From Oopsacas minuta (Eukaryota; Animalia; Porifera), in assembly GCA_024704765.1 (NCBI GenBank), contig JAKMXF010000343.1, positions 124,001-188,000 on the forward strand: a stretch of 64,000 nt of DNA, in the 5' to 3' direction. The notes beneath the pieces were generated by a model, which had not been told where the DNA came from, did not search any database, and was given only the letters and a program-made list of their open reading frames with translations. The position numbers and the translations under genes were made by a program. This document shows, piece by piece, positions 51,144 to 64,000 of this stretch. The number at the start of each line of letters is the position of its first letter. Within the stretch, counting starts at the first letter, position 1.

Positions 51144-52827
51144 ATGAACGATCAAATCACAACAATAGCACCCGTATATATTTCAGATAAAGTTACTCTA
51201 CATGAACAGTTATCTCACGTACGTGATATCCTGTCCTCCGTCACAGGAGCAAGTTTCACCGAAAAATCGGATCACTACCCCTCTCTCATAGAGGTGTTAC
51301 ATAATATAGGGGGGATGTTTCGCGTGAAGGATAAATCTAAGATAGAATCTGTGATGTATAACCTTATCACATGCTGTGAGGATATCCCTGGTTCATATCG
51401 TACTGAGTTCTTCAATACTCTATGTCAAGGATTCAAAGCTGAATCTTCTAAAGCAGATGTTAATATCAGATTGGAGTATTTAGGTAAACAATATTTGATA
51501 TGTTGTATATGTGCTAACAAATTGGAGCAAGATCGGGATGGGAATTTCTGTCTTATAAACGGAACATTTTATTTGGGGAAAATGCAGATATCTATGCAAG
51601 TATTCCCTGAATTCTCACAATCTTCCTGGATTTCTTGTAAATTCTGGATAATCAAAGGATACGGGAGGGTTGTTAAGTATGTATGATGATGTTTCTTGTT
51701 CGGGCCTACCAAAACCGGGACAATATCGCTTTTGACCACGTGTATTACAGTCATGGATATAGGTTGACAGGTTTGAACTCTTTTTTTATAGAATTATTCT
51801 TCATTTCATTCCCTGAATCAGAACGCGGCAAATCACAACTCCTGAGAGCATATTTAGAGCTCTGTAAGCAGTATAATGCATATTCCCGTCTTTCATGGAT
51901 AACTCTATCTAATCTCAAGAAATGGTGTTCTCAATGGGGGTTACAGCTAGACAGAGAGAAATATGAATTATTATCTCTCGCTAAAGATTGCTTGAAGGCT
52001 GCTGGTAGAGAGCTAGAAGCTCTGGAGATACTTGTTGATATTAACGCTTCATTTCCTCCTAATACGATTAAAGAATTAGCTATTGAGCTTATTTGGTGAG
52101 TTTTTACTATACTTCTTCTTGATTACAATATTTCACAAGTTCCATTAGAACTCAGCTCAATACTTCCTTCGGTTAGAACGTTCTAGAATTACTTTCCCGA
52201 TTTTGTTACTTTGACGGTTTGAGACCATATTTGTACAATTTGAGACTTTGATATAAGCGGGTATTTGGATATATCCGTGTCAGATATAACAGGAGTTAAC
52301 TGTATTTTTACTCAATACATTATTTTAGTACTGTGTTAAACAAGCCAGATGAATTCTACCTAGATGAATACAATAGACTACCCACAATACAAGAAGAGAA
52401 GATAATAAATACTCCAGATCTATATCAGCTGTTCCAAATAATGCTCACTTATCATTACTCTGATTATAAAAAGTTCTTAGACAATCATCCCAACACCTTG
52501 ACAGATTTCAAATTAGATCCTGTCATATTGGAAAATAAAATAAAACTTTTAACACTTGTCGATTTAGGTGCTAAATCAACAATAGTCTCATTCGATCATA
52601 TAGCTCGCTCCCTTGATTTAACCGCGAACCAGGTTGATGCTCTTGTCATCGAGGCTGTCAAATTCGGTTTGTGTCAAGCTAGGATCGATGAAATGGCAGA
52701 GACAGTGCAATTCTTACATGTTCCCGCACGCATATTCAATATAGAACAATGGAAATATTTACACGCAAGGTTAGAACAGTTTAGATCTTTATTAACAACA
52801 TTGCCGAGTGACTTAAAGCTCTCTTGA
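51144..52827 (+). CDS. EIF3M: Translation initiation factor 3 subunit M (PCI domain), 3 exons (51144-51483, 51792-52095, 52329-52827)
   Basis: In-frame splicing; LKKWCSQWGL, KIKLLTLVDLG, FDHIARSLDL..VDALVIEAVK..ARIDE, RIFNIEQWKYL. Confidence 0.85.
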
Positions 52828-53663
52828 TCGATATATCACGTATCATGTATTTCCCAATAGAGATTTATCAGCTGTCTCTTCATGCTATATGGGTTTATTC
52901 CCTCAAATATTTCCTTATATATAGATAATTAGAAATGTTAAGTATGTCGTTACGTTACTGTTTAGGTTGATTTAGGGAATTCAGTTTAGTTTAGTAATTC
53001 TGGCAATTTTAGGCTAATATCTCTGCAGTGAATTGTATAGCTATTATGATAAAATGTATTCTGTATTCTGCGATCATATTTAAGGTAATTTGTTTTGATT
53101 TTAACTTCTCCAATTTTCAGTTTATTTCGCATTGTATTTTGACGAGAACAACCCCCCCCCTAATGCTCATATAGTGGATGGTGGATTAAATATATTTTTG
53201 TTACAGTAAAACCTCCTATCCAGCGAAGAGGTGTTTGCCTCAGAATAATTAATAACATCCATGCAGATATACTAAATCCACCATCCATGGTTGAATATAT
53301 GATTTGTAAGAATTAATTTTCTGAGAAACCCGATGATTTCCATTAATACGTGTTTTTTTCCATATTTAGCACCCGCTTATAGAGGTTGTATTGTATTACT
53401 GATAATGCACATGTGTTTTTGCTTAGAATCTCTCTAAAAGATTTTCTAACCTAATTCTTAGATTTTATTGAAAGTAATAACTTATAACAAATTCAGGTTA
53501 TATCATTATAATACATTGCCAGATATGTTTTCTATGCAAAACTCATTAATATTAAGAGTTCAGCAATTTTAGTATAATTGTCCCTTCGTGTACGTAGATT
53601 TCTTTTCGTATTTAATGCCATTCTAATTCGAAAATTCCAATCCAATTCTGTTTTATACCCAAA

Positions 53664-54938
53664 ATGCTTTCAACATTCGCTACACCAGAGAAAGATATCT
53701 TTTACGAGCTCGAAGTTTTGATTTGTGATAAATTCCGTGAAGTCCAAGAGGTCGTTGCCCTAAGGAAAGATGTCCTCCTCTCCGAGTTGGAGATTTTAAG
53801 AGAAGAACATCGAACAAAATTTACTAACCGTTCAAAAAGCGTTGAAGGTTTGGAGCTACTAAAATCACAAATGAATAATCTAGTTGTACGTGATAATATT
53901 GCCTCGCAATTCTTCGAGTCACAATTGAATGAAATTAGTAAGGAAATAGAAAAGAACCGTTCTGCCATACCAAGAATGAATCTCGTATTGAATTGTGAAT
54001 TGGGACCTTTATTTCAAACAATCAGATGTTTAGGTGAAATAATTGTAAATCAAGCCCCAGGATTTTGTCCGTCGCCGACGCCCAAGAGGCCCCCATTGCC
54101 CTTAGTTAAATCTCGTTCCGAGTCGATTAATTACGATTCAAAATCTTGTCCTTCACTGAGCTTCGCGCTGCGTGGGAGCTGTCCAGGGTATCTCAAGGCT
54201 CCGCGGTCTGTCGTATACGATAATATCTGTGATAGAATTTTCGTTGTAGATGGTGGTAACCATAAAATTGTTATGTACTCCTCGCGTGGCGATTTTATCT
54301 CAGAATTTGGTCACAAAGACCTGAGGAACCCTTGTGGTATCGCTGTATCGGAATCACACTGTTATGTAACTGATATGACACTAAACGCGATCTGCAAATT
54401 CAATTTTAAAACTCTCCAAATTTCGCGAATTTCCATACTTAATGAATTGAAAGAGCCAAAAGGCATTTCATTGGATGAAGAATTCAATGAATTATACGTT
54501 GTAGATAAAAATAAAAATAATTGCGTCTGGATATACACCACAGAATTGAGTTATGACCGCTTATTCGACACCAGTATGCTCAGTACTTTACGGGATATTA
54601 AGGTCACGACGGATACCGTATTCGTACTTGATTCTAGTCAATATTGTCTGCATCTATTTTCCAAAGAAGGTTCGAAATTGCGGTCGATTATCCGAGATCC
54701 AGGAGCGATTGAAACACCACTATTCTTCACATTAACTCGGGAAGGAAATTTCATATTAGGAGGGCAATGGGATAGTTACTTGAGTGTATTCTCACCACAA
54801 GGAAAGTTACTAAACCGCGTTGGTTACCTAACTGACGGTAAGGAATGTCCTACTATGGTAAGAGGAGTTTGTATTACAAGTGATGACAAGATTGTCTGTG
54901 GATTTTATCATGGACATTATGCTATGAAAATGTATTGA
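53664..54938 (+). CDS. Coiled-coil + NHL-repeat protein
   Basis: GSCPGYLKAPRSV..RIFVVDGGNHKIVMY, LRNPCGIAV, LKEPKGISLD, GNFILG, VRGVCITSDDKIV. Confidence 0.85.
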   Translation: MLSTFATPEKDIFYELEVLICDKFREVQEVVALRKDVLLSELEILREEHRTKFTNRSKSVEGLELLKSQMNNLVVRDNIASQFFESQLNEISKEIEKNRSAIPRMNLVLNCELGPLFQTIRCLGEIIVNQAPGFCPSPTPKRPPLPLVKSRSESINYDSKSCPSLSFALRGSCPGYLKAPRSVVYDNICDRIFVVDGGNHKIVMYSSRGDFISEFGHKDLRNPCGIAVSESHCYVTDMTLNAICKFNFKTLQISRISILNELKEPKGISLDEEFNELYVVDKNKNNCVWIYTTELSYDRLFDTSMLSTLRDIKVTTDTVFVLDSSQYCLHLFSKEGSKLRSIIRDPGAIETPLFFTLTREGNFILGGQWDSYLSVFSPQGKLLNRVGYLTDGKECPTMVRGVCITSDDKIVCGFYHGHYAMKMY

Positions 54939-55282
54939 ATATATTTTGTAGAGAATTTTCATTATTTATTGTTTGTTTTGTTTGTTTTGTTTATTTGTTT
55001 ATTTGTAAATAAGGTGCTTGTGATATTTATGTGCATATGCCGAAGTACGTAGAGTTTCATACCCTTGTGACCTGACTACGAATTATCTGAAGTTATCAAT
55101 AACGTAGCGTAATGTGTGATTATTTACTTCTAAATTTGTCAAAATGTGTATTTATCATATGATTAATCATCCTACTTCACTTTTGGGCTTTATTCGAAAA
55201 TAGGATTTGTTTCATCAATTGTCCTGGTCACCCTTGGACAAGCCGCAAACTGGGATTGATAAATTAGTATTAAACAAGAATA

Positions 55283-55403
55283 CAGTCAACTCCTGTCACA
55301 TCAAAATACCCGCTTATATCGAAGCTTACATAGAATTAAAATAACATATTCCATCGATTATACCAAAGTAATTATCGCTGTCCCTTCAGCTTCGAGTTGA
55401 CTG
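55283..55403. mobile_element. MITE family A immediately upstream of RPL21
   Basis: TA|CAGTCAACTCC...GAGTTGACTG|TA. Confidence 0.8.
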
Positions 55404-55444
55404 TACTGTATTAACATATATAACTAGAATAGAGAGCTAATAAA

Positions 55445-56724
55445 ATGGGTAAAACTCACGGATTAAGAAGAGGAACACGATACATGTTCTCAAGAAAATT
55501 CAAAAAGCATGGTTAGTGTATATGAAATAATTCTATCTAAGTACACTTTATAATGTCTGTATATATTTCTCTTTAGGAGTTTTACACTTATCTACGTATC
55601 TACAAGTGTATAAAGTAGGAAACATAGTTGATGTCAAGGTATTATAATGCTGAATGTTGTTATTATGGAAAATTGTATTAACAACAAAAATAGACATGTA
55701 ATTTGCAATTCTCACATTCTTCCCTGTATTTCTTGTAAATCTCTGTATAATCCTGGAAATTGAGAGGTTTATCAAATTTGTAATTCAGATATGATGTATT
55801 TGCATATGATACATTACATAATACAATTACTGATTATACACAGTTACACACCTGTAGGCAGATGGCGCGATACAGAAAGGAATGCCACATAAAATCTATC
55901 ATGGAAAAACTGGCAAAGTATTCAATGTCAGCAAACGAGCAGTGGGAGTAATACTGAACAAACGTGTTGGGTAAATTAGCCAATAGGAATTCAGCAAATG
56001 TTATATTACTAATCTCTATTCAAGTATATATATACAAATTGTTCATTGTGTATTCGTATTAAATTCACATATTCTAACACCTTCTATACAGTAATAGGAT
56101 TATTCCTAAGAGAGTGAACATACGTGTGGAGCATATCAAACTCTCAAAATGCAGAGACGATTTTCTAAAGTGAGTTATTTACCAATTTTCTAATAAATTC
56201 ACAATTTCCCTGTTCTTAAACATACGAATATCAGTTCTTATTTGTTGTTTATTGTTTATTATTGTTATTATTCTATAGACGTGTGAAAGAAAATGGTGAA
56301 AAGAGAAAGCTACATAAAGAGACGGGACAGATCTACTCCTTGAAGAGACAAGTGAGTTTATATTAATTAATTACTTAGCTAGACAACTACAACTATGCAC
56401 TAAATATATTTCAGTTGCAAACTTGGTTAGATTCAAATACTAGGTAGACCTTTTCCGTTATAGAACTCAAATATATTCCCAAACCGTGAAAGTAACATAT
56501 TTTATCGGATATACCGAAGTAAATATCGCGATCCCTTGAGCTACGATGTAACGGGAGTTGACTGTAGTAGACTCAATTCTGGACCAGTTGGAATTTTGGT
56601 CCGAATTTCTACTAAATTGCTTCAAACCATATAGATCGAGGGTCCAAGAAAAGGATTCACATTTAAGATGAAAGGAAAGCAACCAGTGCTGCTGCGTCCT
56701 GCTCCATACCAGCTCTTAGCTTAG
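55445..56724 (+). CDS. RPL21: 60S ribosomal protein L21, 6 exons (55445-55511, 55577-55638, 55858-55970, 56092-56169, 56279-56351, 56635-56724)
   Basis: [79 protein letters not shown]. Confidence 0.93.
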
Positions 56725-56975
56725 TTACCAGTATGGTAAATTGGAATTTAGCCAAATGTACGTAGATAATAGTTCATAGGCAAATATTTCGTATTATAAT
56801 TATATTAAATTTGTTCAGATATATCTATTTTAAGACGACAGACGAAATATTTATTTTTTGCTAACATTTTAGTAGTCCTTGAATTCCCATATTTCAACCT
56901 ATAAATCGCGGTTATAAAACTTCCAATTTTCGTTGTCCCTTTAAATATATTTTCGCAGTTTTAGATCTTAGATAA

Positions 56976-60107
<3,132 letters not shown>

Positions 60108-60502
60108 GATATGCTATCTACCTTGTATAATTATGTAGGTTGTTATTCAATTATTTATTTGATTTTTGTTCGTTTGTCTGTTTTGAATTTGTAACGTTTC
60201 ATTTCAGTAGGGTTCATGGGTGAAAATAGGCGGTTCCCAACCATTTCACCCATGGACCCCCAAGGGGTCTAAGGACTAGGTGGGGAACCGATGATCTAGG
60301 TCGGAGCTTAAAGGTAATTTGAGATTTTTTTTCCTGAAACGAAAGTGAAGATTTGTTGAATTTTATAGTCCCATAGGAATTTTGGTATCAGAAAACAATT
60401 CCACTTTTCCAGACGTTTCTGCGGATATAAAAGCGCCAAATCTGAACATTTGCAAGTTTCGGATCCTCTATATTTTTCAGCAAATTTCTGGTATTTGTAT
60501 TA

Positions 60503-60659
60503 CAGTGGAACCTCGTTAACGAACACCAACAGATGGTCAAATGCGCTCTATCAGGAGTTCATATTGCCCGGAGTTATACCATTCAATGCCATTTAGTGAT
60601 CTGATTATGTGTAAAATATGTTCGTCTTATCCAGAATTCGTATTAACGAGTTTCCAATG
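60503..60659. mobile_element. Tigger-like MITE
   Basis: TA|CAGTGGAACCTCGTTAA...TTAACGAGTTTCCAATG|TA. Confidence 0.75.
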
Positions 60660-60693
60660 TATTTGTATTATTCACTTTCCTTTAATTAGTCAA

Positions 60694-62022
60694 ATGGCTC
60701 GCATATTATGGCAATCTTACTGGTGTAATTATATTACAGAACACAACGAATGGCCTTTATTCTCTAACTCAGAACAAACAGAGATATTACCTGATGATAC
60801 AACCATATTAATCCCTTACCAACACCCTTCATATCAATCTTCACCTAAATTCCTATTAACCAAACTGGTATCCAGCATAGGCAACCTGTTTACTTACGAA
60901 CAATCAGATATTTGTATCGATACTTTGTTGAGATGTCTCGCTTTATCAAGATTCATATACGAATCAGATTCAATACAAATTGCTTCTTTCTATGTCAGTT
61001 TAGCTCTCGCATATTTGGAACTAAAACAGAACTATTTACAAGCCATAAAACACTGTCAAAACGCTATGAAAATTATAGATTTACAAAGATTATCTTTTGA
61101 GAATATTTCCAGTTTTTCCGCAGTTTTGCTTAACATCAAAACAAGCCTAGTTTTCGCCAAATCCTTGTTATTACAGCAAAAACATTCTGAGAGCTTAAAT
61201 CTTTTAAAACAAGCAAATTCTGACTCAAAACTTCTACAAACTTTAAATCCAAACTTCCGTGATTCTACGCATATCGTATTTGTACATTACTTGAAGGGTC
61301 ATGTGCATAAATCTATGATAAAGTACAAATCAGCTCTCGGGGACTTTACGGCATGTCTCGAATTAATAAAACACATATTTGGAGCAAAGGAAGAACATAC
61401 AGTATGGCCTATGATTGAGATTGTCGAAGTATTGATTGAAATAGGTTCTTTTGAAAATGCATTGGGTTATGCAGAGAAATGTTACGAATTGGGTCGTGAC
61501 TTTGAAGTGTTAAAACCGGATGTTGCTCTTGTGCTAGCTAAGCTGCATTTCACTGCAAAGTCCAAAAATGCATACACGAATTCCGCGAAATTTTACGATG
61601 AATGGGCGAGCACAGTTGATATGGAAAAAGCTCAAAATTCAAGTGTGAATTTCTCGAGGCTAGTTTCGAATTTTGAACAATACATTCTAGTCCTTTCTAA
61701 GATAGGAAACCAGCAGAAAACGTATATTATACTAGTCCAGTTAATCTCAATTTACACAACTAAATACGGTGATATGTGTAGCGAAGTTGGGAATCTGAAT
61801 CGTCAATTGGGATTATGTTATCTAACAGAAGGGAACGTTAAAATGGGTGTGGAACAGCTGGAGCAATCTCGTAGATGTTATGATTTCAGTTTAGGGAAGA
61901 ATAATAAAGAGAGTAAAAATATTGAACAGATCCTAAGCCGAGTTGATCCTACACACAAATATCAAACAATTTCTAGTGAAAAGCCGCAAGATAACAAAAT
62001 AAGATTCAAAACTATCGTATGA
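60694..62022 (+). CDS. TPR protein, TTC23-like
   Basis: LLRCLALSRFIY..QIASFYVSLALAYLELK...QAIKHCQNA resembles TTC23; further TPR helices; start set at MARILW because the upstream in-frame part crosses a MITE. Confidence 0.7.
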   Translation: MARILWQSYWCNYITEHNEWPLFSNSEQTEILPDDTTILIPYQHPSYQSSPKFLLTKLVSSIGNLFTYEQSDICIDTLLRCLALSRFIYESDSIQIASFYVSLALAYLELKQNYLQAIKHCQNAMKIIDLQRLSFENISSFSAVLLNIKTSLVFAKSLLLQQKHSESLNLLKQANSDSKLLQTLNPNFRDSTHIVFVHYLKGHVHKSMIKYKSALGDFTACLELIKHIFGAKEEHTVWPMIEIVEVLIEIGSFENALGYAEKCYELGRDFEVLKPDVALVLAKLHFTAKSKNAYTNSAKFYDEWASTVDMEKAQNSSVNFSRLVSNFEQYILVLSKIGNQQKTYIILVQLISIYTTKYGDMCSEVGNLNRQLGLCYLTEGNVKMGVEQLEQSRRCYDFSLGKNNKESKNIEQILSRVDPTHKYQTISSEKPQDNKIRFKTIV

Positions 62023-62404
62023 GTATTTATTAAATGTATTCTCTTAATATTTTTGGCCTTAAAGTTGGGCTGATTAATGGCTAATGTATTATATTATCAA
62101 ACAGATACAGTAGACTCCGTTCACTTCTGGATCAGGCAGGCCATTTTGACCCGATTTCTTATAGCTATTTACATTTTTTAGCCACTATACAGGAATTATG
62201 GAAAATATTCGGTATTTGTTGGCTATTGTTGGCTATTATATGCAGGAATAGGAAAATATTTATGTTATTTTCATTTAAAATTAGAAATCCAGGGAATAGG
62301 TCGGTGAGTATGAATTTGATACTATTTGTATGGTGTTTCTGGCCTTCAAAAGTTGTACAATAATTACCTGTGTATTAATTCCAAGAAGTAAATGCACTAA
62401 AATC

Positions 62405-62521
62405 CAGTCAACTTCAGTTATATCTAACACAGATATACTGAAATACCCGTTTATATGTAAGTCTGAAATTGTGCTAATATCGAGGTAATTATCGCGTTTC
62501 TTGAATAACAGAAGTTGACTG
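62405..62521. mobile_element. MITE family A
   Basis: CAGTCAACTTC...GAAGTTGACTG|TA. Confidence 0.75.
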
Positions 62522-62598
62522 TATTTCAATATTCCTGAAGCCGGTGTGTATCAATATTGCATGTACTATATACACTATTTGTTTGGTATTTAGATAGT

Positions 62599-63550
62599 AT
62601 GGATATTACTAGTGTTACAAATGATGCAGTATCTAGTAATGATAAAGTTTTGAAAGATGAAACAAAGAGGTAACAATTTAATTCTTATGATTATTTACTG
62701 AAAATATATTTAGCATATGGTGGAACCTGCATTACCCACACCTGTATAATCCGTTAGACCTCTATAATCTCGCTTCTTACCTGTATGTGACAGCTATTAT
62801 TCGAGTTAATCTTGCGTGTACGCTTTCATATCCAATAATTACCATATATGGTAGTGTCTTCCTATCAGCAAAAGCAATTCCAAATTTTTCACGTACATTG
62901 AGTGCATTTTGGTATTTTTAAATAGTCGCATAATAGCAAATTCGCGTATTAGCAAATACGAATTGCTAATAGGCGAACATCACTGCAATATGTATGTATA
63001 TTCAATAGGAAATCAGCTACTAAGCTTCAAATACAGAATTACTTCATAATGCTGACGCAAGGCTGTGGTGATCATCTATGTACCAACTCAAATTGCGTTA
63101 CAGCTAATCCTGATAGCAAGCTCTCTCCTAACGAGGCAGCAATTAAGTCTATTACCCTTTTCAAAGCAAAATCTCCTCTCTGTCAGAAGTATAAGACAGC
63201 TGGGAGAGTTCGAGCTGGTGGCCTTAAGAATAGAGTTAACCATCCAAGAGTGTAAGATTATAACTTTTAAATAACTACAGTAGAACTCACATAAGACCCG
63301 ATGGGAAACATAAATGAGTGCGAGTTGAGAATATGTTTCGAGTAAAGTTCATATTAATTAGCCGAGTTCTGCTGTATATAGATTTTCATATTGATACCAT
63401 TTCTTGTGTATGAATTCCAACATATAATTGATTAGAAATATTATTCATTTCTGTTTTAGAATGCAAGAAACTCCCATTGATATGGAGATTGATGGACGTT
63501 CTACTAATTCACTTCCTACTAATTCTACTGCTAGTCAGAATGATCCATTT
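62599..63550 (+). CDS. UBE3A: 5' exons of a UBE3A/E6AP-like HECT ligase (62599-62669, 63009-63251, 63460-63550); probably continues beyond the window
   Basis: AZUL zinc domain KRKSATKLQIQNYFIMLTQGCGDHLCTNSNCVT..NEAAIKSITLFKAKSPLC. Confidence 0.75.
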
Positions 63551-64000
63551 GTAAGTAACACCTTTAAGAAATTTGCTAACTGGGCCACTCAACCCCCTTT
63601 TATTGAACACAGATTTGTCGAAATACCCGAATAATTCGATTGTACAAATATAGTCCCAAAACCTTCAAAATAATATATATTTTATCGGTCATATCGAAGG
63701 AATTTTCCTGGTCCCTTGAGCTTCGATTATTGTATAATAATATAATATCAACAGTAACATACAAATAAATAATTAGAAACATTGCAATGAATAGTTAGAA
63801 TTATCAGATAGAACAAAAATAATTCCTAATTTAGAGATATCAATACCACATGGATAGATGAACTCTCCTTTCTTCTTTCCCTCACGTCCTATGGAGTGAA
63901 TAAGTTTTCCTGATTGTGTGAATATCTTGATACAGTGGTTATTAGTATCGCTTATGATAATATTACTAGCTAGGTCTAAACAGAAGAATCGTGGAAGACA

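Noticed and set aside
55639-55857. Intronic snoRNA candidate in RPL21 intron 2 (ATGATG...CTGA)
   Set aside because: Imperfect C box, only ~45 nt to the CTGA, no terminal stem; needs a snoscan/Infernal search
63780-64000. Further UBE3A exons
   Set aside because: Candidate frames contain stops and no recognisable UBE3A motif; boundaries cannot be supported

Overview
AT-rich, gene-dense eukaryotic (animal) genomic DNA with short GT-AG introns and a heavy load of short DNA-transposon MITEs. Lineage-expanded TRAF-like and NHL-repeat families suggest an early-branching metazoan such as a sponge; this is inference, not verified. The first ~26.5 kb is an innate-immunity-type locus with two oppositely oriented arrays of TRAF-like genes (degenerate RING, TRAF zinc fingers, coiled coil, divergent MATH; + strand 1-6.3 kb, - strand 20.5-26.5 kb). 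Two further TRAF-ZnF genes (one fused to a thioredoxin-like fold) flank a ZNFX1-like SF1 helicase, and a 13-exon AFG3L2 lies inside the locus. One TRAF copy has had its 5' end replaced by a ZNFX1-derived leader and N-terminal peptide. The remaining ~37 kb holds housekeeping genes (B9D1, CLN8, DOHH, TRAPPC1, RNF25, ZDHHC9/14/18-like, FRRS1-like, RPF1, EIF3M, RPL21, GFPT, TTC23-like, start of UBE3A). Among these are intronless accessory genes: three NHL beta-propellers (one nested in a DOHH intron), a secreted discoidin-domain protein, a clan-CD (caspase/legumain-fold) protease-like gene and a possible ABIN/TNIP-like coiled-coil gene. Exon boundaries were read by eye from GT/AG signals and frame continuity. 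No database searches were run.
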